In this document: positions 41,325 through 56,853 of the stretch, in pieces
Layout: each line of letters opens with the position of its first letter
How positions within the stretch are numbered: the stretch's first letter is position 1
Source: Octopus vulgaris
Lineage: Eukaryota
Reading direction: 5' to 3'
Assembly (NCBI GenBank): GCA_951406725.2
Contig: OX597828.1
Location: 73,222,001-73,286,000 of the forward strand
DNA: 64,000 bases
Position numbers and translations under genes: made by a program
Notes under the pieces: generated by a model
The model's input: only the letters and a program-made list of their open reading frames with translations
Told to the model about the DNA's origin: nothing
The model's database searches: none

Positions 41325-42479
41325 GAGGGTGAGTAAAGTATTCGAGGATATACCTTCTTTAGGTCATTGCTGCATTTTTGTTAACTCTGTATAATCTTTA
41401 TTTCAGAAAATAATAATGGAAGACTCTCAGCTTACTCAAGAAATGAAGAGACATGCTGCTTTTGCGGTTATAAACGCTGAGCATAGTGATTTAGAAATAT
41501 CTTGAGTTTGAAAAGTTGCCAGATCTTTCGTCTACAAAGTTTGTAAGGAGCTAGAGACGGAAGATGGAAACATATCACCAGTAACAATGCATAAACAGTA
41601 TTTTCAATGCTCTGAAATCATCTGAACACTTGAATTTATCCAGCAAGTTCAACAGGCCATTGATTGCAACGCCTGAAAGTCCATGATGTCAATTGTAAAA
41701 GATCTCCATGTGTCAGAAGGAACAGTCAGAAATGTTGTCCACGAAGACATCAGATATAAGTCTTATATGATAAGGAAAGGTGAATTTGTTAGAAAAAGCA
41801 AAAGAACATTATTACAATAGATCTGAAATGTTCTTAAAGAAACTGAAAAATCCAGCAGAAGACGATATGATTAAAAAAGTTTCCTGCAACTGTCATCGTT
41901 TTAGGGGTTGTCAGCAATGAAGGATATGTGATGCCTCCATACTTCTTTCAACATGGCCTTAGAGTTAACTCTGCCGGCTACACTGAGGCCCTGGAAATAA
42001 TTGTTAAGCCCTGGATAGACAGTGTATGCAATGGAAGGTCATATATGTTTCAGTAAGATTCTGCACTATCACACATGGCTCTAGTAACACAAAAATGGAT
42101 GGCTGAAGATTCTCATTATCACGTAACCCCTAACATTTGGCCTCTTAATTCCCCAGATCTCAATCCATTGGACTTCTACATGTGGAGCGTTGCTGAGAGG
42201 TCAATGAACACGCCCATAACACCAAAGATTCTTTGAAAGCTGCCATAGTCACAGCAATGTCCAAAATGAACCAGAACCATTTGATTCGAGCATGTAGATG
42301 ATTTAGATCTCATGTAGAAACAGTTGTTGAAGCTGAAGGTGGCTTTTTTTAATAACATTATAGAAATGAAGGTTTTTTTTGTACCCAAAACATGTTTTGA
42401 TAAATAAGTTATTATTTGTTATTATATATATGTTTTTTTTATAAACACAAATCTGTCCTCAAATATCTTACGCACACTG
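41325..42479 (+). mobile_element. Decayed Tc1/mariner superfamily transposon, DD37D (maT)-like
   Basis: Broken transposase frames include HTH-like KDLHVSEGTVRNVVHEDI, KFPATVIVLGVVSNEG, YMFQ*DSALSH and WPLNSPDLNPLDFYMW. Imperfect TIRs gagggtgagtaaagtattcgagga / tcctcaaatatcttacgcacactg. Multiple stops and frameshifts. Confidence 0.85.
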
Positions 42480-43189
42480 TGCCTATCCTACTTCCAAAAT
42501 TGATAATAATGTAACGTATCTGCTTTTTTTTACTGTGTTAGATTTAATCGATGAGTTCCTTTCTAAAAATTATCTCCGGGTCTCTGCTTGAGCACTGGTT
42601 TTTCGCGCATAATTAACCACGGCGACTTGGTTACTTAATTTATAGACATTAGAATGACAAGAGTCTAGGTGAATCTGAGTACAGGACATAAAGCTTTGTG
42701 ACCAGACACTCCAAACTATTTCATCCGTGGCTCTACCTGTCAATCACTCAACACCCTCTTTCTATGATTATATGCCTATAACGTTTATATTAAACATATT
42801 GATCTTCATAGATTCATCTCTAGATCAATCTATGTGCACATTAGATAAATATTATCATTGAGGTTATTCAGCCGTTGAGAAGCATTTGAAGTGGTGTTTA
42901 CATAAGGTCGCCTATATTCTGCTGTCAAATCGACCCAAGTTCGATCTAACCTTTCATCATTCTGTCAACAACTTGGGGTCGATATAATCGAACTCTAGGT
43001 TATTGCTAGGATATCTTCGATCAATTATATCCTCCTCTGCAATCTGACTTGACATTATTTTCATCCTTATTCAGGCGACGTGATAGCTGAATCGTTGGCG
43101 CGCCGGGCGAAGTGCTTAACGGCATTTCGTTTATCACGTATGTCTACTGATTGTACTTATCACGCCTTTGCTGTGCCAAAGGAGCATGC

Positions 43190-43470
43190 TGTATCCGCCA
43201 TTATACATTCACGAAATATTTCATGAAAGATAACGATGTCGAGATGAGAGTGTTCAATATCCTTATCTGTCTGCAATTAACAATCTCGCAGAATCATAGT
43301 AGTTTCATTCTCCATCACCTTCGTGGCCTTCTGGCCAAACCACTTTTCGGAAGAAAGTTGTACTTCTTGCAAATTCTGCATATGCACGACATTCGTACTC
43401 CTATCATGTCTCCAGTTCTCATACTCTTTCTATGCTATTTTGGGGCATTCTGAAACTGTGTGCAATCCTT
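43190..43470 (-). mobile_element. Degenerate R4/Dong-like fragment
   Basis: Minus-strand remnants ECPK..KEYENWRHDR..MENETTMIL..QTDKDIEHSHLDIV, typical of the region between the CCHC motif and the RLE domain. Confidence 0.65.
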
Positions 43471-43492
43471 TTATTTTTCTATAAAAATAATG

Positions 43493-43560
<68 letters not shown>

Positions 43561-43561
<1 letters not shown>

Positions 43562-44026
43562 CCACTTCATTGATATAACTGTCCTAATCGATATAAATGT
43601 ATCTGTCAAGGCCTACCAAAAACTGAGCAAGTATAAAGATCTTAAAATAGAAAATAGCAAAATGTGGAACCTCAAGATTAAAACAATACCTGTTGTCATA
43701 GGTGCCCTATGAATGATAACGAAAGGGACAGATTGCTACCTAAATCAGATACCAGGAAATCCCCAAATGGCAGAAATTCAAAATATAGTGTGCATGAGAA
43801 CTGCCCATATCCTACGTAACGTATTGTGTGTGTAATCTGAAATTTTAAAAAAACTCATAATGTTCTTATTCTTTCTTAAACATTATCTCGAACATTACAT
43901 TGGGCAAAACCAAATATATGACACCCTTGGCATAACACCAACAGGAACTTCTAACTTGTTGTCTCTTGAGGTCTATAGGGTAAGAGTTGGAGCCAGCTTG
44001 TACAAATACAAAGCAAAAGCCAAACG

Positions 44027-44030
<4 letters not shown>
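43561..44030 (+). mobile_element. R4/Dong-like LINE 3' fragment embedded in (AAT)n
   Basis: IDITVLIDINVSVKAYQKLSKYKDLKIE..MWNLKIKTIPVVIGAL motif plus 3'UTR, with (AAT)n on both sides. Confidence 0.85.
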
Positions 44031-44081
<51 letters not shown>

Positions 44082-44729
44082 TCAATAGTGTAACCATAAG
44101 AGCATCACAACAAACCACAGCACGTACCCAAGGCACACAGAGCTGCGCTCGGTAGTGAAGTGAACGCACACTATAAAAATAAAACTACTGAATAATATTG
44201 TTATCGCCATATTAATATGGCAATCTTATAGATATAAGACTAAAAGCTGTCGCTGATTAGCTCCATGAGGCCATCGCCTTAAGATAGCCATTTGACACAC
44301 AAACTGTGTCCATTAGAACCTTCGAACAATTAATTCCCAGTAACGCTGTCGTAATCTCTTTTAGAGAGACTTAGTAATTTTAATATTTCTATTACTGAAT
44401 AATAGTAATAATAATAATAAAGTAAGGACGAGTCAAATACTGCTTCACTCATATCCGGTTAGGCTTAACTTTACATTCCGTTCTATTCTCTGCCCGTGAC
44501 GTCGTAACTGGAGGATAAACTGTGTGTTATCAATCGATCCATTCTCTTAGGCCAACCTCATAATATGTTTTTCATTAGGCCAATCAGAAATCAATATTTA
44601 TTATATATTGTTTCTCTATGAAAGACGTATTAATAGACGTGCACTCACATGTATATACATACATAAATAGTGGTATGTACAAATAAACATACATGCATAA
44701 CATATACCTGTTAACTCATAGTATAGTTG

Positions 44730-44990
44730 TTGTCATGTATCCTACGCTGTTTTGTAGCGCGTTGTTGACGCTACAATGAAAGATTTCCCGATCAATTGCG
44801 AGTTCTCGCATCGAATGAAGCCAGAGAGTTACTTCGTTCTGAGTTTCTTGACAGCAACATTGGCGTGGTTTGCCATTTCCTTCCCCAACTTCATGGCCGT
44901 TGTACCACAATGAGCTCATCCGTCCTTTCAAAACGACTGGGTCTCCATATATTCTCCTCACAGGAGTAGTAAGATATTCAAGGAGGGAAA
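44730..44990 (-). mobile_element. Degenerate RTE-like LINE 3' fragment
   Basis: GKPRQC..MRELAIDREIF resembles the GRPR..W / LA.DR..WR RTE tail motifs. Confidence 0.5.
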
Positions 44991-46286
44991 CCTGTTTGGT
45001 CACCGACCACTCAATCATAGAACCGGTAGTATTCGTTACCATGGTACATGCAGTAGTTCTCTTCAGCCTGTGTTGAGATCCCGGATCTTGCGCACAACAT
45101 ATACATTTAATAGCCGAATGGATCTCCGGCGATTTTGACAAAGAGTATTCAGCCATTCGATCAATTAACAAGGCTACTCATGTAATTAGGGTTTAATAGG
45201 CTGAGTATTCCATGAACGCAGATACTTGAATGTAAACTCAGTTAAAATTTTAGTGCCTCTTTGTGGCAAGTTTGGTGTTTTAGATCACAGATACATTTTA
45301 TCTGACAAGATTCAACACAGTTTCTGCCAATCAGATTTCGCTTACAAAGCTTGGGTCCATACGAAACGATGGTAAAAGGCATTTTTCCCAAAATGATGGC
45401 AATAAGATCGAACTTGGAACCTCGTAATTGCAAATTGATTTTACAGACGATTCGACTGTTTCGTGTGTGCATACATACACAACGCATAAGTACATTCGCA
45501 AATTCACGCTCACACACACGTACGTGCGCGCGCACACACACACATACCCTAACACACACATATATGTAAACACACCCACGTATGATGTAGATAATTGCTT
45601 CATTTTATGAGATGATAACGATCTCATTAATGACACATCTGTAAAACATTGAATTATTGCGATATAGTCTTGTATACCACTCCCCGGTGTATCTATAATG
45701 AAATAACCATTGAGAAGCAGAGGAAAATGACCGGAAACTATGTTAGTTGCACATTTTATATAAGAGAACTAACTCCCAGACATTTCAATAGAAAAACTCC
45801 CAGGGGTCAGTAGGGTTTTGATTTTGTCATTTCCTCTGCTGTGTAAGGCTTTACTGAACTCCCAGAGATAAACCTGGGTATTTTCACGTGTCAGTAATTA
45901 GGTGAGAACTCTTACGCTAGACACAAAGCTAGTTTTTAATTCTGTGGCACACGCAACTCCGGCAGGTTGTCAAGGGAATTCCTTTTAGTTGTCATCATCA
46001 ATCGCACACTGATATAGGATGGCCATAATTTAGTTTCGCCCATACATTTGAAGATGTAATATATCGGTCCCGCAGGGTTTGTAACAACCTGCCTCACTAT
46101 GCTAGTCTTGTGACGGCGCCGGTGTAACGGCGAAGATCAACCGATGCATGTTAGCACTTCTGGATTGAATATTATCACTGGTGCTCAAGAACATCATTTT
46201 GGGTTAATTATTTCACGTCCCTTTAAATAACTAAATTCATATGACGCAAATGATATATATATAGATAGGTAGATAGATGGATAGGT

Positions 46287-46331
<45 letters not shown>

Positions 46332-46606
46332 TATATGCATACATACCAAACATGTATACATGTATGAATAATTAAGTATACATGTATTTATGTACACACC
46401 CACACACCCACATGTATATGTATGTATGTATATGTGTATAAACTTTCAACGGTTTATTGAGAAGGCTGTAAAACTTGCTGGCTTACCTCGTTTGCATATT
46501 AATGTGTTTGCTGCCAGCGTTATTAGAATAACCGACGTAGTTAAATTAGGAATAACGCAATATGCGAGCGCTAAATATGCATGCATAATATCAGAAATAC
46601 AACACG

Positions 46607-46675
<69 letters not shown>

Positions 46676-46738
46676 TATATATATATATGTATATATACAT
46701 ATATATATTTATATATATATATATATATATATACATAT

Positions 46739-46779
<41 letters not shown>

Positions 46780-46797
46780 CATACATACATATATATA

Positions 46798-46833
<36 letters not shown>

Positions 46834-47575
46834 TGTATGTATGCATGTATGTATGTATGTATGCATGTATGTATCTATGTGTGTATTGTCTTCATACCTT
46901 ATACGTATCAAGAATCTATATCATATTAAGCAAAATACCATGAAGTAATCTCAGGTATTTTTTAAAAATCCCTTCTCTTAAGCAAGCTCCTCAAATAGAC
47001 ATTTTATTAAGATGTCATACATATTTCATAATATCTTTCCTACACTCCACGGTTGTTTAGCTCATAATGGATGATGATATATATATATATATATATCATT
47101 TTATTTTTATTCATGTATTTTATTTATATATTTTGCCCCCCCAAAAAATAATAATAATTATACGTGGTCCACTTGTTATACATGTTCATAATCCGTTCTT
47201 ATGTCGATATTAATTTTTCTTACGGCAAAAGAAAAAATGGCAAGCTAGTTGGTAAGGTATATGCCATCATATAAAAAAGATGAAAGACATCAAAATTGCT
47301 GTTGTGCTCATCATTTTCTTTTCCATCCTCTTCATCCTTATTATATGCTTTTATTGATGTGCTTAGTCAAATAAATAATAATATACAAGGCCACTGGAAG
47401 ATTGACAATTTTTTTTTACTTTCTATGGCGAATTATTCACGTAATTTCTCTTCCCTGTTTTCGAACAGCTTGCTCTAAGTACGACTGTCATGCATTATTT
47501 ATTAACTGGATATTTTCTATTGTGTCTCTGGCTCTCGCTCACACTCTCGCCCCAACTCCCTTTTCTCCCTCTCCG

Positions 47576-47612
<37 letters not shown>

Positions 47613-47673
47613 AAATGTATGTACATATATACCTTCATACACAGGTATATTATGTATATGCACAACCATTTTA

Positions 47674-47713
<40 letters not shown>

Positions 47714-48197
47714 TATACATGCATGCATATGAATGCATATATATATACATATATATGTAGAGAGAGAGAGACAGAGACAGAGACAGACAGAGACAGACAG
47801 AAAGGAGAGAGAGAGAGAGACGATGCGAGAGAGATACATATATACACAAGCAGATAGATAGATAAAGGCATATATAAATAGCTATATGCATATATGTGCA
47901 TGCACATAGCCTAGTTGCTAGGCTGTCGCATTTATGATCGCTAGTTCGCGTGTTCGATTCCCGCAAGGGGCGGTATGTTGTGCACTTGATCAAAGTAGTA
48001 TTTCTCGTCGATCTGTGATCAGTTCGACATCTGACATGTTGCACACTTATGCATCTGTAGAGACATTGTTAATTTGACGGAGAGAATGAGCTGACGGACA
48101 GAGCATACATTTGATCACTATAAACGAATTAGGTCTCTCTACAAAACCAGAACATCCCTATGTCGTTTTACACAGGAGATTCCATCATATATGTATG

Positions 48198-48316
<119 letters not shown>

Positions 48317-49031
48317 TGAGAGTGAAATATATATTTATATATATATATATGCATATATATATATATAAATTATACATATATATAATTATACATATATATA
48401 AATTATACATAAATATATAATCAATATAAGTGTATGTATATATATATATGAGCGTATCTGTGGGTGTGCGTTTGTATATGTGTATGTGCGCGCGTGTGCC
48501 TATGTTTGTATTTTGGGATTGTATTCTTGGATTTTTATTGACATTTTGCTGGGACATTCCGCGTAGATAGACAGATATTGATTGTCATCATGAGTCTGGT
48601 GAGGATCATATTATATTTCGTTCTAATTCTGGATTCTAAGTTTGGCACAAGGCCACACAACTCTTCTCCAAGCAGACTGCGCCGTTTCGTAGTTGAAGTA
48701 CATGTTATCCCTCCTCTCGCACCTGATTACAACCTCCGGTATTGATTCCAGAGTTGGTGAGAGGCAAAGTCAACTGCGAGGACGAGTTTTAATTTAGAAT
48801 GTGAAAATATGTCACTCGATGACTTGCAATATTTTCAGTTCACTGTTTTCATTCTTCTGACATGCAGATATCTTTTGTAGATCAATAAATTAAAGTAAGC
48901 TAAGACAAATCCTAAGTTTAGTGAAATATCCCACACAAGGCAAAACATTTATAGCAAAGCCTTTGGGTATAATATGATCCTATCGGTTGCATCGTGACGG
49001 ACGTGTTACTGGTAGAATTATATTGAATCTG

Positions 49032-49267
49032 AAGGCGGCGAGCTGGCAGAAACGTTAGCACGCCGGGCGAAATGCGTAGCCGTATTTCGTCTGCCGTTAC
49101 ATTCTGAGTTCAAATTCCGCCGAGGTCGACTTTGCCTTTCATCCTTTCGGGGTCGATTAAATAAGTACCAGTTACGCACTGGGGTCGATGTAATCGACTT
49201 AATCCGTTTGTCAGTCCTTGTTTGTCCCCTCTGTGTTTAGCCCCTTGTGGGTAGTAAAGAAATAGGT
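49032..49267 (+). mobile_element. tRNA-derived SINE, family A (MetaSINE-like central domain)
   Basis: Head ggcggcgagctggcagaa..gagttcaaattcc (A/B boxes), central gtcgactttgcctttcatcctttcggggtcga, flanked by a tgaatctg direct repeat. Confidence 0.85.
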
Positions 49268-50574
49268 ACTGAATCTGGACTAAAACATAAAGAGAGACAT
49301 CGTTAGACACCGAAATTACACGACTGATTCTGAACCCACTACGTAAATGGTTAAAAGCTTTAAATTGCTTCGTTTACTGTTTCTGTCAAACCCTTGGCCA
49401 TCAAAACAAGACTGGCCTCTCGTCAATCCAGTGGGAGATGAATCTATGTTGTAGCCACCATCGTTGTTACTGCCTGTCCCCGGAACCATCATTGCTATCG
49501 TTATCAATATATCGTTAATATTACTCTTCTTTCTGTACACCCAAAGTTTCAGCAATGAAATGGCTTGTACGCCAGTGACTAATATTAATTGGATGTTACA
49601 AATTTAGGAGTGTGTGCGATGAAGTTTGAGTTTCATTGATTAATGTAACCCAAATATCTTACTGGTATTAATATTTATCGATCTCAAGGCGGCGAGTTGC
49701 TGCTAGAATCGTCAGCGTGACGCACAAAATGCTTAGCAGCATTTAATCGATCTTTATGCTCCGAGCTCAAATGCCTCCAAGGTCTTCTTTGCCATTCATT
49801 CCTTCGGGGTGGATATGATAAGTACCAGTTGTTTGCTGGGGTCGATATAATCGACTTATTCATCCTCTAAAATTTCTGGCCTTGTGCCCCAAAATCTGAA
49901 ACCAATAGTTGTATCCCTCAGATAAATGGAATATGAACAACTGCACAGGCGCCATTTGAACACAGATCGTTGGATGAGGTTTACTAAACATCTCATTCTC
50001 AAGACCTTTAGTTCAGCACTAATGTATTACTGATGTTAGTATTTATCGATGTCATACGAGTGAAACAGGAAAATTTGCACACGTATATCGTGTTACGCTT
50101 ACTAAATACCTTACCCTCAAATTATTTAGTTTAACGCAACTTTAGCTTTACTGCCAACCCACTGCCTTAGAAAGTAATATTGATTTCTAAAATCATTATG
50201 CAATAATACTGATTTCTAAAGTGCTTTTACATTATTTATACATCTGATTATCAGATAATACTGCTGGTTAACAGTTCAAAGTATTGATCCGTCACTTGAC
50301 AGTTGACTGACAAAATTAACCAGTATATATCATTATTATAACTACTTCAGACACAAAGCGACTCGACTGGAAGAAAGACTCCTAGTCTTCTATTGTAATT
50401 GCATTCACATCTAGAATGTTCTATAGGGTATATTTAATGTAGTGTTTAATTAGTCCTTAGCTGGTGTTTTATTTTGTGGGCCTCGGAGGATGACAATCAA
50501 AGCAGATTTCGGTAGGGGTAAACACAATTAATACTGATTAAATACTAAGATCGGTAAACTAGAAATGTTATATT

Positions 50575-50850
50575 CTATTCTACTCTAGGCACAAGGCCTG
50601 AAATTTTAGGGAACGGACAGCCAGTCGATTAGATGTACCCCAGTACACAACTGGTACTTAATTTATCGACCACGAAAGGATGAAATTCAAAGTCGACCTC
50701 GGCGGAATTTGAACTCAGAACGTAACGGCAGACGAAATACGGCTGCGCATTTCGCCCGGTGTGTCGTAGAGACAGACGAAATGCCGCTAAGCATTTCGCC
50801 CGGCGTGCTAACGACTCTGCCAGCTCGCCGCATTAATAAACATCCTTTCT
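50575..50850 (-). mobile_element. SINE family A copy with duplicated head and 17-bp target-site duplication
   Basis: actagaaatgttatatt occurs at both 50558-50574 and 50851-50867. Confidence 0.85.
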
Positions 50851-52461
50851 ACTAGAAATGTTATATTACCCACGACATAAATGTGCGTGGACTTGCGCCT
50901 ATGCCTCCGACTCTTTACTTACTGTGTTCAAACCCTGCCGAAGTCAGCTTTGCCTTTCATTTCTTTAGGACAGTTAAAACAAAGCAACATTCAGACACTT
51001 GGTTGAGTGATATTCACTAAACTCCATCACGTCAAAATTGTTGGTATTGTGCCTCTCGAGCAGATTTGCAATCAAAGGTATTCCATCTGTGAACATCGCA
51101 CCTTTTTTCCTATATGCGCGTGATCCAGCACATTATTTTTTTTTAAAGACGTTAGGTTGTGAGTTGACTGCGATCAGTAATCTCCTTATTTACCCATTAA
51201 TAGGCAGTTATTTACGAGCTTATTGACATTTACTAACACATCATCGTTTAATAGCACACTATCCATTGTCGAAATAATTGTTGTGAAAATCAACAAGGAA
51301 TTTGAATCTACAATGCTAGTGTATGTCATTAAATAACCTAAAATATTTTTAGTTCGCCATTTCGACTTTTTTGTCACGCAGCTATCTTTATTGTCGATCA
51401 ATACTTTAAGCGTAGAGCCATCTTAAGATTAGGTGAATTGTCTTACATTGGTATTATACGAAGCTAAACATTTTGTAGGAAAATCGTAAAAAAAATCATT
51501 GTAAAAAATCACTCAGTTTATTCAATTATTTGATAATTTTCCGTTCCAAGTGTAGATAAGAGAATTGATGTTACCAGCAAAGATCTTAAACAGAAAGAAG
51601 AAAGAGAATAGTGATGGAGTGTTTCTATAACAACTTCAGCTTTTTTGTCTCGATACGGCATATATACACATATTCAAATTTGGAAATTTACTGAACTCAG
51701 GTAGTTCGTTGCTTTCGTTTATATGTTAACATTGTATTGTGTCCTACTGTGATCGATAGTTATGAATAATGTTGTTAACTAATATCACTATCTTTATCCC
51801 ACAAAATATGACCCTGTTTCACTATCTAGGAATCCGGTGTGCTATTAAAAAGAAAGACTTTCACTCTTAAATACATATTCTTTCATTGGTATTCACACAT
51901 TTTTTAATGTTTTTCCAGTTGGGGTTTTTGTTTTTCCGAATATGCTATTTAGATCGAAACCAGCCTTGAACTATTTTGAACTGGAATATTTTATTGATAG
52001 ATTTTCGTTTCAAATTTAATCGATAATTCGATCACAATATGCAGGTGTCAAATATGAATTCTAATGATGGAGTAAAAAGTCCTATTTTCATACATACATT
52101 AACAACCTTTTTCAAGTTCTCTTCAAATATATTCCATTTATGATCTTTTTTTTTATAGCTTTATTTGTTCGATAATGTTTATAAAAGTGAATTTATTATA
52201 ATATATATTTCTTAGTATAATATATTACAACAAGTTACCATACATTATTATAATTACATCTAATAACTTTCTTATGATATGCATCTTAAAATGTGATGAT
52301 ATGTGTGGCTGTGAGGTTGAGAAGCCCGCTTCAGACAAACCAATACCTTGCCTGTATATTTGGTTGGAGAAGGCTATATGGAGACCTGTATGTATGTATA
52401 CATACATATAAATATACATATACATACATGCATACATACATATAAATATACATATACATAC

Positions 52462-52567
<106 letters not shown>

Positions 52568-53112
52568 CACTCGTGAATCGTTGGGTCACCAGGAAACTCT
52601 GAGTCTCCTAGCAACGGAATTTTGTTTTCTTTTCCACGTTATTTCGCATGCTTTGAACGAATGTGACATCGAGATCATGTGTAAACGGCTCCTTTCCCCA
52701 GAAAAGGAAATATTTGGCTCCTATTTCTTACACACCCTGCAACTACGTAACAGGTATTTCAGGTCCTTTATCGCAAATAGCTGCTATGTGGTAGCAGAGC
52801 GTTCTAGAATTAGCAGCCAAATACATTGAATGCACTCGAAAAAAATTAAGTCCAATAGAAAGATAAGAATTATTTCCCTTTCATGGTGAAAATTATTTTC
52901 GGAACATGTTCCTATTATGCACGGTTTGGGTATTTATACTCTGAAAATATTTAATATATTGAGAATTTCTCTACCGATTTACGCGTAACTCGTTTCATTC
53001 GATTCGTATTAACATTTCAAGGTAAACTTAATCCATGGCATTTTTCCATTATGCGCCAGTTTTGTGGACTAACATTGCAGGCAAGCAGATTGCAACTGCC
53101 CTTTAATGTATG

Positions 53113-53213
<101 letters not shown>

Positions 53214-54861
53214 TATATGTATGTATGTATGTATGTATATGTATATATACATACATATAATGTGTTTGTGTGTCTTTGCGTGTAACATATGTGTGTCTTT
53301 ATGTTTGTCTCCCACACCACTTGATAACACTTGTTGGTTTGGTTACGTACCCGTGAATTAGCAGCTCCATCCAAAAAGACAGAATAAGTACAAGAACCTA
53401 GTCGATTTGTTCGACTAACCCCTCGGAGGGTGTGCCTCAGGGTAGCCGTAGTCCAATAACTTATATTTCTCATCGTTCGCTTGTTTCAGTCGAATTATAA
53501 GAGATAAATGCTAATGCAAAAATTTACTTTGTTTCCTTCAGCTTGAAGGATTAATATTTTAAGGGATCAGTATCAATGAGTTGCGAAGTTTAAAGGGCGC
53601 AAATAGGTAGAAATTAAGAGAGATGGGTTGAAAAAGGATTTGAAATCAATTCCTTTAGGTCTGTGATATTTTTCATCGGTAATGAGAAGATTATCAGAGG
53701 AATTCATCTTCTAATCCCCAAACACGCCGTGAGAATTTATTTTACAAAGCAAAAGAATATCCCAAATATACAGCAGGGGCGTGGCTGGAGTCTATCGAGA
53801 CCAACTATGAAATGGGAGAATGACCAACTATGTTGGCCATTTAGGTTAGGAATATAGTTCTTGAAAGTGTGTAATATGAAACCTAAGGTGAGTGACTCGA
53901 GTGAGAAGGAGTCTGCTTGATTTGATCATAGACAGACTGGAGTGGAGTGTAGGTGATAAATTATTATAGTTGGCTTAGAGTAGTGGGAAGTAAGGAGAGG
54001 TTATAAAATAAAGTAAGGTTAAAAGAGAGATAAATCGAAAGTAAAGATGAAGGAAAAATAAAAGCATACAAGCCAATTAGACATAAGGTCGGGGTATAGA
54101 AATATCTAGCTAATGCTATATGACCAGGGAAGGGGGGACAAAGATAGCCAGAATTTAGGGTTATTCCGTGGATATTGGTTGAAAGGTGAGGGAGAGAACG
54201 TATGCATTGAAATAAGATCTAACCTTTTTTTGGAATTGAAGTTATAATAAAGTAGAATGCTATCTGTCAATAAGGAGTTTGAAGAGGGACAGAGTTATAT
54301 AATGAACTAAACCTAGTAAGGAGTTAAGAGGAAATAGCAAATCGGATATCAAAGAAAGCCAGCAGTTGGGAGTAGTCTAATGATTAACAGTATGGAACGT
54401 TAAACGGGTGGTGATGATATAAAAATTGGATGGTACAATTACATGTGAGTGATTTAGGTGAAGCAATCGCGGCTAAGATGTTTAGCTAGTGTGTTCAAGT
54501 TACTATTTAACAAAGTGTGCTCAAAGCACTGTATCATAGTGTAAGGAATACATACCTAGAGGAGACCCCTTTCAATCACGAATGACCATGGGATTGCACC
54601 TAGAAAGTTACCCACCGAAGCACAAGTCCGGGCAAGGTTGTTTGTAGAATACCAGCAGTCGCCCATGCATACCAGCTCCCACCCTCTTCATACCACTGAT
54701 TTTACTATTCAATAGTCGACGGTAAGAGGTTTGTATAGTGTGTCCTATCCATTATTTAGCAAGGAATGCTAAAAATTGTATATGTATGTATGTATGTATG
54801 TATGTATCTATGTATGCATATATGTATGTATGTTTATATATATAAATATATATATATATAT

Positions 54862-54892
<31 letters not shown>

Positions 54893-55280
54893 CGCAGGAG
54901 TGGATGTGTGATAAGTAGCTTGCTTACCAACTACATGATTCCAGGTTCATTCCCACTGCGAGCTACCTTGGGCAAGTGTCTTCTACTATAGCCTCAGGCC
55001 AACCAAAGCCTTGTGAGTAGATTTGGTAGGCAGAAACTGAAAGAAGCCCGTCATTAATATGTATATATATATATGTATGTGCGTGTATTTGTTTGTGTCT
55101 GTATTTGTCCATCAACACCGCTTGACAACAGTAAGTTAGCGGTTCGGCAAAAGAGACCGATAGAATAAGTACTGCGCTTACAAAACAATAAGTCCTGGGC
55201 TCGATTTGCTCGACTGAAAGTGGTGCTCCAACATGGCCGCAGTCAAATGACTGAAGCAAGTAAAAGACTAAAGAGTAAAG
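54893..55280 (+). mobile_element. SINE family B copy
   Basis: Colinear with 56948-57350. Other copies lie at about 130-280 (-), 1230-1615 (-), 62484-62587 (-) and 63086-63237 (+). Confidence 0.8.
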
Positions 55281-55282
55281 AG

Positions 55283-55328
<46 letters not shown>

Positions 55329-56490
55329 ACTTTCCTATCGTCTTGTAGGTTCCGCAAAAACCGATAGTAAGTAATGAGAAAGAAATTTAATGCATAATTT
55401 GTGTCGTCAATAACATCATCACCATCATCATCGTCGTCATCATCATCATCATCACCATCATCATCATCGTCATCATCATCCTTATAACCGTCGTCATTGC
55501 CCTTATCGTCATCGTCGTCACGCCTGATGTTAGTATACTTCTGATACATTTAATTATGCTAATGACGTAAGCAATTCAGAGACTTTAGTTTTACACTATT
55601 TTTTAAAATTTTCTGTTAATCGTTATTTTTGAGTGGTTTCAGATTTTTTTTTTTCCCCCATCAAAGAATCTAAAATAAAATAAATCTCTTTAGATTAATT
55701 GTTGCTGAAACCAGCTAAATTCCTTTCTTTAAACCTCTCGATAATAACCGCCATAATTGTTTCGTATTTGTCTTTTATTTGAAAACGAAAAAAAAAAAAT
55801 TAAACAATATGAATATAAAACAAATAAATAAACTGGCATAAAAGAAGAAACATAAAAGTCAACTAAAAACAAAAAAAATTACAAAATGAGAGCAGAATTC
55901 AAATATCTCAACAGACAACATACCTTTTCAAAGTTTACAACAGTTGAACTCTTTTGTAATAAAGGTGTAATTATTCTGCATTTCCTTTTGACACCGAAAG
56001 CTTTAAAAACATTAAAGTAAAAAAAAAAGAAAAGAAAAGAAAAGGAAAAAGAAAAAGAAAAAAGGAAGAACTAAACAACAAAAAGAAAACATAAACGAAA
56101 TAAAAAAATAACAACCATAAAATATAAGATCAGAATTTATTAACATCACCCCCCTACCACCACCAGCACAACCGATACCCCCCCCACCACCACCACCACC
56201 ACCACCAATGCCTTTCTGTTTTTAATTACGATTATTCAGTAACTGAATTTGAATTGTTTGCTTTTAAAATCTACAACTAATTTTCATTCATTGCCCCCCC
56301 ACCACCACCACCAATTCCAAACGATTCCCTTGTTGTCGGTTTTTCTCTTTTCTCGAAAGAATTACTAAAAAAAATCGAATACGCATCGTTTGGAACATTA
56401 CAACCGAAATACTCAGGTTTAATTTCGAACATTCTCAACGTCGAAAGCTAACAGGGTAATGCTATATTGTACTTGTTTATCCATTTATTA

Positions 56491-56560
<70 letters not shown>

Positions 56561-56853
56561 CATTATTATTATTATCATTATTATTATTATTATTATTGTT
56601 GTTGTTGTTCTTCTTCTTCTTCTTGTTCTTCTTGTTCTTGTTCTTCTTCTTGTTCTTCTTCTTCTCCCTCTCCTTCTTGATTTTAAGATTTTAAGATTCA
56701 AATATTCATTTATTTCGGTTGATCCTAAAAACAGCCAAAGAACAACAAAACCTAGATTCCTCAACATTTTATTTTCGACAGGAATCGGTTCTACCTTATT
56801 TGCCATACACAAATCACTTTCCTTCCGCGTTGATTCACGCTTATTGCTAAATC

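Noticed and set aside
49032-49120. tRNA gene
   Set aside because: The A/B boxes belong to a SINE head and no cloverleaf can be formed.
51186-51340. Possible phase-1 exon on the minus strand (YLMTYTSIV...NCLLM)
   Set aside because: Splice sites are weak and it cannot be joined to a supported model, since the next candidate exon has an in-frame stop before its ATG.
53600-54700. Purine-rich block that may be an old LINE
   Set aside because: It is too decayed to recover diagnostic motifs by eye.
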